Source of the DNA: Squalus acanthias
Taxonomy: Eukaryota
DNA length: 64,000 bases
NCBI GenBank assembly: GCA_030390025.1
Contig: CM059432.1
Span: 67,024,001 to 67,088,000 of the forward strand
Reading direction: 5' to 3'
Under the pieces are notes generated by a model. It was not told the origin of the DNA. It saw nothing but the letters and a program-made list of their open reading frames with translations, and did no database searches. Below are positions 13,164 through 25,970 of this stretch, one piece after another; position 1 is the first letter of the stretch, and each line of letters opens with the position of its first letter. Both the position numbers and the translations under genes were made by a program.

Positions 13164-15542
13164 GGGAGCGAAATTGGGCTCAGTAGAGCCCATTGTTTGG
13201 GCACCGTTCAGGAACCAAAATGGCAAACCAATTCTTCTGCCGCGAGTTGTGCCATCTTGTTGAGGGTGTTAGTGTGCGCGCAACTAACGTCTGCTGGAAG
13301 TATACAGAGCAGGCAGATCATGACAGCAATCAGCATGCAACGCTGATTTGACGCCAGCAGTATCATTTTGGAGCTCAATGCTCCAGCTAACGCCCTCTCT
13401 TAACCTTGCAAAGCTGAACACGTGTTAAGCAGCAGGAAGCTTCAGTGTGCCTCTGCCTGTCCTAGTGCTCCTATGCAGTGCTACTCCAGTTGCTGTAGCA
13501 TGGCTGGTGGAAGGCTACTGACTTTCAGTGGAGGAGACTCCAGATGGCTTTGGAGGACCACCTCGAGCAGCTCTGGGCCTAGAAGGCCCGGCTGCAGACA
13601 GCACCATTTTGGCATCGGCGGCAGCAGTCTGGGCTGGCTGGCTGACAGGCAACAGCAAAGGCACTGGCAGAGTAGTAGGACTAATGCTGTCATCCTGAGA
13701 GGGGACAGCAGGTTTGTGCTCTGTGGAGCCACTGCCACTCCCCCAAGGCACGCTTCAGCAATCCTAGTAATCTGCTGGTGAACTAATTGCTGGACTGCTG
13801 TGGCACCCTGCAAGCCCTTTTGAACACTGTAATCCAGTCTGCTTACATGGCAGCAAGCTGACCTTGCATGACAACAGTCTGAGCTTCCACTGCAGCACTC
13901 AGACATTGGATAGCTGCTGCTTGTGCTGCAATGGAAGCTGTGACATCAGCCACTGAATCATGGTTGGATGCACAAGTGTGCGAACAGAGTTGGCCACCAC
14001 TTCCATACCGGAAAGTGTGGGCTCCAAGCTCTGCACAAAGCCCTGTACCAAGTTGGTGCTGGACTCCTCCATGCTCCTTGACGTTGAACGTAGACATTTC
14101 TGGCAGGCTTCACAATGCACCAAGCATTTTGGTTGTGCATACTCATCAGTGTGCTTCTGTAGCCTGCCCTATTGAAGTCCTCATCTGAGTCCTCTGCAGT
14201 GGAACCCATGTGCTACCTCGCCCTCCAGCGATCTGGCACCTGCGGTATCCGTGCCCTGGCTGTAGTGCACTCATGCCTGGTGTCTCACCATGTGCATTTC
14301 CCACCTCTAATTTATCTAAGATACGCGCAGTGTCAGTATCTGAGTTAGTGGCTGCGAGTGTGAAATAAAGTGACGGTGCTGTGTCTTCATCATTGCTCTT
14401 CTCTTGAATTCCCTCCACTGCCCAGCCAGGTTGCACCTCTTGGGTATCTGAAAAGGAAAAAAGCACAAGGGTAAGGTTGTGGTGAGGGGAGGGGGGAAAA
14501 GAGGTGCACCCTTACACCATCTGCAGCTTGTAAATCAGAAGAGATTGTGGGATGAGGGGGAAGTGGGATGTGAGAAGGAGGATTAGGTATCAGGATACTG
14601 TCATCTTTAATGATTTCAGCCCCGCCGCTGGCCATGGCCTCAGCAATAGCCGATCCAATAATGGCTGGCACCGTCTCCTCCATGGAGGTTAGAACATGCA
14701 GGCGCACCTGCCCCTCCGGTTAACTTCTGCTGCCTCTGGTTGTGCGTCACCTTGTCCTGCAAGATAGAGGGAAGTGTGCCAGTGAGTGTCGTGCAATCTG
14801 TTTGGGTGATGTGGCTGTCATGGTTAAATAGCTGGCAGTGCGTGTAAGCTGTGAGATGTGGGTGTGAGGCCTGCAGCAGTGCTAAGTGTGTGAAGGTGAG
14901 GTAAAGCATATGAATGATTGATAGAGATTGTTGGTAGGTGAGTGGCTGAGGGCCATGGTGCAGTTGGTAGGATATGGCATTTGAAGATGCATTCACTGAC
15001 CTTGACCATTCGTGTGAGGTCATTAAACTTCTTGTGGCACTACATCCAGGTCCTCAGGGCATGAATCTTGGCATTGACCTCCATGGCTATCTGCTTTCAC
15101 TGCCTTTTGACCATGTGACTGGAGGGCCTACTGCCCCCCCTGCAGATAGACAGCTCTCTTCCTTTCCACCTCCTCCACCAAGACCTTTAATGCAGCATCC
15201 GAAAACCTTGGAGCCCGCTCTCTCCCATGTTGTGCCGTTCCTCACTGTTTCCCAGGACAGGATCACTTCTTGCATAATTCCCAGCATCTGCTCCAGCCAC
15301 AATGCACCTCCCCTTTAAGAGGTGCAGGCTAGCTTTAAGTGGTGCTAGGAAGTAATGATTTTGGGCCCCTTGCTAATGTGTGCAGCCAATTAACAGTGCA
15401 GTTAGTGCTGGCTGCATGCTGAAATCATTATAATGAGCAGGGAGCATGAAGTTGGCGTGGTGCCTGCATTTCAATCATAGGGCGCAGGTTAACTGCGCAT
15501 CGCGACACCGCACCCGTTTTCGGGGGCTATCCAATTTAGCCC
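13164..15542 (-). mobile_element. Non-autonomous Harbinger element with a degenerate 3-exon Myb/SANT-like gene
   Basis: TIR-like GGGAGCGAAATTGG / CCAATTTAGCCC with 3-bp TSD (AAG or CAA). Minus-strand exon remnants ERAxRFSDAAL..KFNDLTRMVK|gt and ag|DKVTHNQRQQKLTGG, plus SQDDSI..SAAGPSRPR, match the intact copies. Inserted into an old minus-strand CR1. Confidence 0.85.
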
Positions 15543-15685
15543 AAGTTTCTACAATCTTTCTTCATAACCCAGAAACTAGTGATCAGACTGTGGCTCTTCT
15601 CTGCAAAGCTTCCAGTGCTTGAATGTCTCCTTTGGGTCTCGGTGATCAGAACTACACAATACTCAAGGTGTGGGCTGGTCAGATC

Positions 15686-16116
15686 AAAAGAAAGACTTGC
15701 ATTTATATAGCACCTTTCACGACCACCTTTTACAGCCAATGAAGTACTTTTTGAAGTGTAGTCACTGTTGTAATGTAGCTTCCGCACAGCAAGCTCCCAC
15801 AAACGGCAATGTGATAATGACCAGTTAATGTTTTTTTTTTAGTGATTTTAATTGAGGGATAAATATTGGCCAGGACACTCCTCTGCTCTTCTTCGCAATA
15901 GTGCCGTGGGATCTTTTATATCCACCTGAGAGAGCAGATGGGGCCTCGGTTTAACGTCCCATTGGAAAGACGGCACCTCCGACAATGCAGCACTCCCTCA
16001 GTACTGCACTGGAGTGTCAGCCTAGATTTTTTTTTGTGCTCAAGTCTCTGGAGTGGGACTTGAACCCACAATCTTGTGACTCAGAGGTGAATATGCTACC
16101 CACTGAGCCACGGCTG
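15686..16116 (-). mobile_element. tRNA-derived SINE (SacSINE1/DeuSINE-like)
   Basis: Reverse complement of the same family as 58224-58672: tRNA-like head GGCTCAGTGGGTAG...GGGTTCAAGTCCC and tail ATATAAATGCAAGTCTTTC. Confidence 0.85.
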
Positions 16117-16829
16117 CCACGATAGTTTGATCATGACTTCCTGTAGCTTGGGTTTTACGGTTTTAGTTACAATGAACTCTGAGGAAGGGACTACTCTTGA
16201 AATACTAACTTGGCTGTTCTCTCTGCAGATATTAACTCAGCTGCTGAGTTTCCAACATTTTCTGTTTTTCAGCATCTGCAGTTTTTTTCCTTTTTGTTTA
16301 TTTAGTTCGGCATTCCATTGGCTCTGCTGCTGGCTGCTTTACATTGATTGGACATGCAGAGCATTGAGACTACTCACTCCGAGGTCACTTCCAACTTCGT
16401 CTTTCAGATGAGACATTAAACCGAAGCAACATCTGCCTTCTCAGGTGGACATAAAAAGCCTATTGCACCATTTGACGAGGAACAGGGAAGTTCTCTCTCG
16501 TGTCCAGGCCAATATTATGCCTCAACCAACATCACTAAAAACAGATGATCTGGTCATAGCTTGAGGACAGATCCGGGTGAATCGCAATCTGAGTGGAAGA
16601 ATTTGGTGATAATAGGAATTCAGTGGAGAGGAGGAAGGTGGTTTCTCACATCCATCTCAAAAAGAGGAGTGAAGCCACAGAACCCCAGAACTCTCAAGTA
16701 AAGTATCTAGATATCTAATATTTAGATTGTGTGCGTTCAGGATCTCAGCAGTTCTTGTTAAACTTGAGTAAATAATTGTCTTTTTCCCCTCTCTAAGTTA
16801 GGGCAATGGGTTAAACTAAGAAGTTTAAT

Positions 16830-19800
16830 TAGTAGTCTCATCAATAGAGGCATGGTACGGGACCTCAGTCCTCTCGAATGCACATCCTGTGCCATGTGGG
16901 AAGTCCAGGATGCTTCTCGTGTCCTGGACAACCACATGTGCAGGAAGTATCGTCACCCCACAGCTTAAGAGTTTGCAGGAAGAGGGGGAATGGGTGACCG
17001 CCGGACAGCCAAGGAGGACCAGGCAGTTAGTGCAGGAGTCCAGAGTGAATCTCGCTCTCTAACCTGTATTGGTGAGGGCTTTGGTTCATCTGGGGAGTAC
17101 AGCCAGAGCCAAGGCCATGGCATCATGGGTGGCTCAGCTATACAGGGATGGGGGGGAAAAGAGGAAGGTCAGAAAAGCAAGTGTGATAGGTGATTAAATA
17201 ATTTGGGGAACAGACAGGCTTTTCTGCAGACGTGACTACAGGATGGTATGTTGCCTGCCTGGTGCCAGGGTCAAGGATGTCACTGAGCGGCTGCAGGACA
17301 TTCTTTGGGATAGGGTGAACAGCCAGAGGTCGTAGCCCATATTGGTACCAATGACATAGGTAAAAAGAGGGATGAGGTCCTGCAGGCAGATTTTAGGGAG
17401 CTAGGAAAGATTAATAAGCAGCACCTCAAAAGGTAGTAATCTCCAGATTACTCCCAGTACCACGGGCTAGTGAGTACAGGAATAGGAGGATAGAGCCGAT
17501 GAATGCATGCAGCAGAGAGGGCTTTAGATTCCTGAGGCATTGGGACCGGTTCTGGGGGAGGTGGGACCTGTACAAGCTGGACGGGTTGCACCTCAACAGG
17601 GCCAGGACCAATATCCATGTTGAGGGGGTGGGGGGGGGGGTTGCTAGTGCTGTTGGGGAGGGTTTGAACTAGGTTGGCAGGGGGATGGGAACCTGAGCGT
17701 AGATTCAGAAGGGAGAGAAGCAAAGCTGGAAATAGAAGGCAGAAAATTAGTGAGCGAGTTTGGAAGGCAGAGGAAACAAAGGCTAGAAAATAGATAACAA
17801 AGGGGTTTGGCCGTGCTTAATTGTATATACTTCAATGCAAGGAGTCTAGTGAATAAGGCAGATGAGCTGAGGGTACAGATGGACACGTGGAAGTATGATG
17901 ATATAGCTATTACTGAAACGTGGCTGAAAGGGCAGGAATGGCAGCTCAACATTCCTGGTGCAGAATTTTCTGACGAGATAGAGAGGGGGGATAAAAAAGC
18001 CGGGGGGGGGGTTTGCAATATTGGTTAAAGAAGCAATTACAGCTGTGAGGAGGGATGATATGTTAGAAGGATCGTCAAATAAGGCCATATGGGTTGAACT
18101 GTAGAACAAAAAAGGGGCAATCACACTGCTGGGAGTGTACTATAGACTCCCAAATAATCAGAGGTAGAAGAGCAAATATGTAGGCAAATTTCTGAGAAGT
18201 GCAAAAACAATAGGGCAGTAATAGTAAGGGATTTCAACTACGCCAATATTAATTGGGATAGAATCAGTGTAAAAGGTATAGAGGGTGCAGAATTCTTAAA
18301 ATGTATTCAGGAGAACCTTTTTAGCCAGTATGTTGCAAGTCCAACAAGAGAGGGGGTGGTTCTGACTTAGTTTTAGGGAATGAAGCTTGGCAGGTGGAAG
18401 GGCCATCAGTGGGAGAGCATTTTGGTGGTAGAGATCATAATTCAGTTAGATTTATCGTAGTTATGGAAAAGGACAAAGATAGACCAGGAGTAAAAGTTCT
18501 CAATTGGGGAAAGGCCAAATTTACTAAGCTGAGATGTGATTTAGCAAAAGTGGACTGGAAACAGCTACTTGAAGGTAAATCAGTGTCAGAGCAGAGGCAG
18601 GCATTCAAGGAGGAGATAGTGAGGGTTCAGAGCAAATATGTTCCCACAAAAAGGGTGAGACTCCCAATCTAGAGCCCCCTGGATGTCAAGGGGTATACAG
18701 TGTAAGATAAGACAAAAAAGGGAAGCTTATGTCAGGTGCTGAGAGCTAAATACTGCAGGAAGCCTAGGAGTATAGAAAGTGCAGGGGTGAAATTAGAAAG
18801 AAAATTAGGAAAGCAAAGAGAGGGCATGAAAAAATACTGGCAAGTAAAATCAAGGAAAACCTAAACATATTTTATAAATACATAAAGAACAAGAGGATAA
18901 CTAAAGAAAGAGTAGGGCCTATTAGAGAGCAAAAAGGTAACCTGTGTGTTGAGGCACAAGACGCAGACATGGTTCTTAATGAATACTTTGCGTCTGACTT
19001 CACAAAAGAGTGACGATGCAGACATTTTAGTTAAGAAGGAGGAGTGTGAAATATTGGATGAGATTAACATAGTGAAAGAGGAAATATTAAGGGGTTTAGC
19101 ATCTTTGAAAGTAGATAAATCGCCAGGCTCAGATGAAATGCATCCCAGGCTGTTAAGAAAAGCAAGGGAGGAAATAGCAGAGGGTCTGACCATCATTTTC
19201 CAATCCTCTCTGGCTACAGGTGTGGTGCTGAAGGACTGCTAACATTGTACCGTTGTTTAAAAAGGGAGAAGGGGACAGACCGAGTAATTACAGGCCAGTC
19301 AGTCTAACCTCGGTGGTGGGCAAATTATTGGAAAAAATTCTGAGGGACAGTATTAATCGTCATGAATTAATAAAGGGCAGTCAGCATGGATTTCTTATGT
19401 GAAGGTCGTGTCTGACTAACTTAATAGCATTTTTTAAAGGAGGTAACGAGGAGGCTCAATGAGGGCAGCGTGTTTGATGTAGTCTAAATGGGTTTTTGCA
19501 AGGCTTTTGACAAGGTCCCACATGGCAGACTGGTCCGAAAAGTAGAAGCCCATGGGATCCAAGGGAAAGTGGCACATTAGATCCAAAATTGGCTCAGTGG
19601 CAAGATGCAAACGGTAATGGTCGACGGGTGTTTGTGTGACTGGAAGGCGGTTTCCAGTGGGGTGCTGCAGGGCTCAGTACTAGGTCCCTTGTTTTTTGTG
19701 GTATATATATCAATGATTTAGATTTCGATGTAGGTGGCATGATTAAGAAGTTTGCAGATGACTCAAAATTGACCATGTGATTGATAGTGAGGAAGAAAGC

Positions 19801-20665
19801 TGTAGACTGCAGGAAGATATCAATGGTCTGGCGAGGTGGGCAGAAAAGTGGCAAATGGAATTCAATCCGGAGAAGTGTGAGGTAATGCATTTGGGGAGGG
19901 CTAAGAAGGCAAGGCAATACACAATAAACGGTAGGATACTGAAGTGTAGAGGAACAGAGGGACCTTGAAGTGCATGTTCACAGATCCCTGAAGGTAGCAG
20001 GACAGGTAGATATGGTGGTTAAGAAGGCATACGTGATATATTCTCTGCCTCGGCTAATGAAGTAAAGTAAGAGCAGGGAGGTTATGCTTGAACTTTAAAA
20101 CACTAGTTAGAGCACAGCTAGAGTACTGCATACAGTTCTGGTCACCATATTACAGGAAAGATGTGATTGCACTAGAGAGGGTACAGAGGAGATTTACGAG
20201 GATGTTGCCAGAACTGGAGAATTTTAGCTATGAGGAAAGATTGGATAGGCTGGTTGTTTTCTTAGGAACAGAGGAGGCTGAGGGGAGACTTGATTGAGGT
20301 GTATAAAATTGAGGGGCCTAGATAAGAGTGGATAGGAAAGACCTATTTCCCTTAGCAGAGGTCAATAACCAGGGGGGAGGGGCATAGATTTCAAGTAATT
20401 GGTAGAAAGATTAGAGGGGAGTTGAGGAGAATTTTTTTTCACCCAGAGGGTGGTGGAGGTCAGGAACTCACTGCCTGAAAAGGTGGTAGAGGCAGAAACC
20501 CTAATCACATTTAAAAAGTACTTGGATATGCACTTTAAGTGCTGCAACCTACAGGGCTACGGACCAAGAGCTGCAAAGTGGGATTAGATGGGAGACTCTT
20601 TTTCGGCTTGCACAGACACGATGGGGCGAATGGCCTCCTTCTGTGCTGTAAATTTCTATGATTTT
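16830..20665 (+). mobile_element. Near full-length degenerate CR1 LINE (ORF1 esterase remnant; ORF2 endonuclease plus RT)
   Basis: ORF1 remnants (Cys motif, MVCCLPGARV, HIGTND, DGLHLN) followed by ORF2 [50 protein letters not shown]; many frameshifts and stops. Confidence 0.93.
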
Positions 20666-20679
20666 ATCATTTTTATTAA

Positions 20680-21600
20680 CAATTACTTGTATAGCTTTTT
20701 GAACATAGAAAAATGTCCCAAGACACTTCACAAAGGTATAATCGGACAAAAATAGATGCAGAGTGAAAGGAAGAGATATTAGGAGGAGTGACCAAAAGCT
20801 TGGTCAAAGAGATGGTTTTTAAGGAAAATCTTAAAGAAGGAGACAGAGGTGGAAAGGCGGAAGGGTTTAAGGAGGAAATTCCAGAGCTTGGGGCCTAGGC
20901 TGCTGAAGGCAAGGCTGCAAATGGCAGAGTGGGGAGGATGCAAGAGAGACTAGAGTTGGAGGAATGCAGAGTTCTGTGGGGTGGGTTTAATGACTGGAAG
21001 AGATTACTGCGGTAGGGAGGGGTGAGGCCATGAAGGGATTTAACATCAGAAATGTTAAATGCGAGGCATTTGGGGATGAGGAGCCTATGGTGGTCAGCAC
21101 GGGGGAGTGATGGATGAGTGGGTTAAGATACGAGCAGCAGAGCTTTGGATGAGCTGAAGTTTATGGAGGATGGGAGGCCAGCCAGTAGAACATTGAAATA
21201 ATTAAGTCTGGAAGTGACAAAGGCATGGGATAAATGTTTCAGCAGCAGATGGGTTGAGGCAGGGAAAGAAGCGGTGGAAGTTATGCAGGTGAAAGGAAGT
21301 GATCTTTGTGATGGAAAGTATATGGGATCAGAAGCTCAGCTTTGGTTCTATAGGACTCAACCTGAGAGTGGCTGGGGAGAGGGATTGAATCAGTGCCAAT
21401 GGTCTGGAGCTTGTGGCAAGGACTGCAGAAATAGCTTTAGTCTTCTCAATGTTTAACTGGAGGAAATTGTAGCTCATCTAGAACTGGAGCAGTCTGACAA
21501 CAGAGACAGTGGAAGGATCAACAAAGGTGGAGGAGAGGTAGAGCTGGGTATTGTCATTGTACATGCAAAGTTGACCCCATATCAAGGCAGCATGCGGATA
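20680..21600 (-). mobile_element. Old L2-like LINE fragment
   Basis: Same family as 10455 and 24825 (ccaaaagcttggtcaaagag, gagctgggt..tcatc); degenerate. Confidence 0.6.
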
Positions 21601-22489
21601 AGGAACAGGAGGCAGCTACGGTAACAGCACTCAAAATCCAGTCGTGGCAGTGTGCGCAAATCTGAATACAAGAACTGATCTTGGGGAAAAATAAATAAAT
21701 ACACTCTATGACATCCTTTCTGAATTGGCTGTGAAAATCTGAATACTGGCAAATTGACCCACTGACAATCTTGGTAGATGTAAAATCACTTGTAACAGTC
21801 AATCTGAATAAAGCATTAGATAGCTGCAGGAAAGTTTTCCAAAGACAGGAATGAAAAATTCATAGTCTGAGCTAAAGATTAGCGATTATAGTCAATTCCT
21901 ATTAAAGAAGATTTGAAGAACAATTCTCAATTCTGGGTCTGGTTTTTGATGTTTTGCTAATTATTAGTTGCCTTGGAACCAGTACTTTGCAATAGGATTA
22001 CACATTGCTTTAAAGATTAAAACTTTTTTCTCTGTTCTGCTGCTCAATTAGTACCAAGCCACTATCCAACTGCTCATTTACCACGGTCAAGAGAACATAA
22101 ATAGTTCATTGCTAAAATGTCTATCACTCAGGTTTTACTGTATTTATCTATCATAGTATGACAACACACAGTGACAGCATGTTTTTTGTCACACATCTCA
22201 TTAAAACATAATTAGGATTAATTATCAATAAGCACAAACTTGTAATTATATAGTGCCTTTCACAACCTCAGGATGTGCAGAAGCACTTTAAGCCAATAAT
22301 GTAATTTTGAAATGGAGTCACTATTGTAATACAATACATGGTAATAACTTTACCAGGAAGGAAAAGTTAACAACTTTATCCAATAATAATGTAAATTTAC
22401 ACTGAATTTTAAGATTTCTATTTTCTTCCAGTAATCCGGGACTGTGATTTTAAACATTTTGCATAATGCACACTCTACAGTTTTAAATG

Positions 22490-23416
22490 TTTATTGTTTC
22501 AAAATTCTGAATTTCTTTTGCAATACAGTAATGTTTTTACTTGAAGATTTTATAATGGTTAATATACAATGAGAAATTGGTTTTAAAACTGAATGGAACA
22601 CTGGTCACTAAGATGAAACAATATATTAAATTTATTCCAGCTTTAGGTTTCTGGGAAGTTTTAGTAGTGTGTTATTTGTAAACAACACAAATTCTTCCCT
22701 TCCAATGTGTATACACAATTAACGATTGATGGTGCATTTTTGCAGAAATGCAATTCTAGCAACTGATGCAAAGTCCAGTCATATTCATTGCACAGTTCTT
22801 CACCATACAGGGCTAGATCTCTATATATTTCTAAGTAACTTCAGCATATGTGTAGATTAACAGTTAGAATCAAAATCCATGGAAGCAAACTTAAGATAAA
22901 ACTTTATATGGGACTTTTGCATGCTAGGAACACTCCTATAAATATTTAAATGATTAAATACATATGGTAAAGATGGTTTGTTCATAAACTACTTTGATAG
23001 TGAAATTCCTTCACAAATGCTGGTAATGACAAATGTTTAACATCTGAATATTCAGTGATTTTTTTTGAACAGGCAAATCACATGGCTATTATGCCACAAT
23101 GTAGAGGGCATGCTCTTTGAAAAGAACGTATTTGGTCCACATTTCCAAGTCTTCTGGGTAAGAATAAAAGCAGTTCATTGAATGAGACTAGATGCATTTT
23201 ATGATCTGGGCAGCACTGAATTCAATACATGTTGAATGGGGAGTAGCAAATAATGAAGCATCGCCTCCAGCAAGTTTCTACTGATGTGAATTACATTTGT
23301 GCCACCTTCTTTTCCAAGTATCTTTAGATGTTGCATAACAAATGTTGCACAACAAACCAAAGGAATTGTGACAGCAAGGAAAGGATGACCTAACAACAGT
23401 TTGTTTCACTTCACTG
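22490..23416 (-). other. RB1CC1: Probable RB1CC1 3' UTR with candidate polyadenylation signals (AATAAA on minus strand at 22631-22636 and 22490-22495)
   Basis: AT-rich sequence with no obvious repeats downstream of the stop codon; TTTATT on the plus strand at both positions. The actual cleavage site is unknown. Confidence 0.55.
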
Positions 23417-23494
23417 TTATACTTTCTTGTTCCAGGGCACTGCTTTCACTCTGTAGAATTTTGTTCCCAGAGGAACTTTAAATCTGTTTTGAGC
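23417..23494 (-). CDS. RB1CC1: RB1CC1/FIP200 terminal coding exon
   Basis: Minus strand: tatttcag|GCT CAA AAC AGA ... AAG AAA GTA TAA = AQNRFKVPLGTKFYRVKAVPWNKKV*, the RB1CC1 C-terminus. Confidence 0.97.
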   Translation of the reverse strand, partial: AQNRFKVPLGTKFYRVKAVPWNKKV

Positions 23495-24361
23495 CTGAAA
23501 TAAATCAAACAAAACAATATTTCAGTTTGGCCAATATACAAACTTAATATAATGCAATACATCCATACATTAACACTTCCTCACTGAAAGTATTTCTAGT
23601 ACACGGATCCAAAATCCTAATAAATAACCTCAAGCTAATAAATGTGATCGGTTTTGATACATTCCAAAGCTCATTCACAAGTCAGATGTGGCTAAGAAAG
23701 GTCAATCAGCCCATCTATAAAAAGGATGCGTTCTGCTTATAGGATGCAACAAGGAGTCACTACATCAAATCATGTGCTAGTTATTTAATTACTCTCAAAA
23801 TATTAGCACATGGCTTCAAAACAAAAAAATGTGTTGTACAGTATAACATCTTACTTCTAAATTGCACACAAGTGGGTAAGACATCATAACTTTGCATTAT
23901 TGAGCCAAACATTGGAGCCATATTATGTACAAGTTTGCCATTAAACATTTGGCATCTCATTTTGATTGCATCAGCTATTTCTAAAGTCTCAAAATGAAGA
24001 TTTCCCCCCCCTTCATGCAGGCTAGTCGGATACTAGATCAATATTTTGTATTAGCCAAATTATGCAGTTACTTCATGCTGCTGAATATTAAAAACTAGAA
24101 TTACAAATCACATATCCTAGGTAACCTTTAGTGAGATTATGACAGTAATAAGAAATGATAATCCATAATGTGAAGTCAAGTAGTATTTGGGGACCGATTC
24201 AAATTTCTCCAGCGAAAGTATGCTTAGCACACATACAGTATCTATATATAGATGGCACAAATATGTAATAGCTCAGCTGATATTAGCAAGAGAAATTTCC
24301 TTATTGAAGTGATGCACTAGGTATGTCACAAACCACAATATAAGCACTGTCTTGTCACAAG

Positions 24362-24721
24362 CTAATTAAATTCCTCCACCTCCTTAGGTCTGCTCCTCAC
24401 TAATGTCGGTATGGATGCTCCTCTGAATGACAAGGTATGCAACATGCAGCACACTACAAAGAACTTTGGTTGCTTTATTCTGCAAGGCACATCCAAAGGA
24501 AGCAAATCCATACTGTAACGGACCACAATGCTTTTTGTAACTGGCTCTCTGTGCTTGACTAACTTTTGAGTGTGCTGTAAAAGCATCAGGAGCATACTGA
24601 AGGAATACAAATCCTTATGGTTGATGCATGCTACCAGATTAACTAACATCTATATCTCCAGATAGGTTCAGTTAGCCATACCCAGCAGTCGGGAAAGCCA
24701 GAAACAGCATAGAATCTGCCC
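24362..24721 (-). mobile_element. Highly degenerate Harbinger transposase C-terminal remnant in the last RB1CC1 intron
   Basis: Minus ORF contains KFFVVCCMLH, compared with KFVVVCCMLHN in the intact transposase. Confidence 0.6.
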
Positions 24722-24824
24722 TTTGTAGCTGATTTTGCACATGGAAGTGAAAGAATTGCTAGAATTCAGTAAAGTGCTGAAGGTGCACCAAAGGCAGTGC
24801 AATTGTGCATCCTTCTGAATCTAC

Positions 24825-25290
24825 AACAACTTGCATGCATACAGAGCCTTTAACATAGGAAAATGTCCTAAGGCACTTTACAGAGGTGTAGTCAGAAATA
24901 TATTGATGCTGAGCCAAAGGAGATATTTGGAAGGAGTACTAAAAGCTTGGTCAAAGAGTTGAGTTTTAAGGAGAGTCTTAGAGCATAGGGAGGTGGCGAG
25001 GCTGAGCGTTTTATGGAGGAAATCTCAGAGCCACCCAGGCTGAAGGCACAGCCACCAATGATGAGGTGGAGGGAGGGTGGATGGACAAAAGGAATGGAAT
25101 TGGTGACAACCTATGGAGTTTCTGGTGGGGGGACAATGGCTTCGGCCTTCCCAAAGTTTAAGTGGAGGAAATTGCAGCTCATCGGAGACTGGATTTCGGA
25201 CAAGTAGTCGGACAACGCAGAAACAGTGGCGGGGTCATGAGAAGTGATGTAGAGGTAGAGCTGGGTGCCATCAGCATACATGTGAAAGTT
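24825..25290 (-). mobile_element. Old L2-like LINE fragment
   Basis: Tail acaacaacttgcat..agcctttaac and an RT remnant (catcagcatacatgtgaa, reverse of FHMYADG). Confidence 0.6.
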
Positions 25291-25899
25291 GACTAGAACC
25301 AGTAATGCACATATCTCTAATTATCACCTTGTATATTGTTCAATTAAAGATAATTAATTCTCTCAAGGTCTGTGCAAGGCATATGTAAAGCCTGCACCCA
25401 CATTTCCTATCTGTCTGCTGCTCGTCAGATAGCACAAATATCTGCTGTGACTGGTTAAAAGTGAATGGGGTTTAGGTACAGATCAGCCATGATCTAATTG
25501 AATGGTGGAACAAGTTCGAGGGACTGAATGTCCCACTCCTATGAAACTGTACTTTTTGCAACTCTGCCTTTAGTTTGCAACATAGTGCTAATATAATGGC
25601 CTGTTCGGAAGTTCAGATTAGCGTAAAAAATAAGTTACATGCCACCAATAAATGGCTCAATTTAATTTTTAATTAATTGAATGTTATTACTGGCGTGCTA
25701 AACCTGTATTAAAATGTTACCACGTGAACCTTAATGACTGGACTGACATATTGCACCTGGTAGCAAGTGGATGTTAAGTTTCACAAAATTCTGAATAGCT
25801 GCCCCAAAATGGAGTTCTTTGAATGTTTGCCAAGTTTGTCCTACCTTCATTTCCAGTGGTAGATCAGATCTGGACATTAAAAAATGTGAAAATCCTTAC

Positions 25900-25970
25900 C
25901 TTTTTAGCCTGACAATATTCTTTTTCCATCACTTTTCCAAGTACCCAAGGTCTCCTAGAAGAACCTGGAA
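25900..25970 (-). CDS. RB1CC1: RB1CC1/FIP200 penultimate coding exon
   Basis: Minus strand: ctgttag|TT CCA GGT TCT TCT AGG AGA CCT TGG ... GCT AAA AAG|gtaagg. The 71 nt give (V)PGSSRRPWVLGKVMEKEYCQAKK, in phase with both neighbouring exons. Confidence 0.97.
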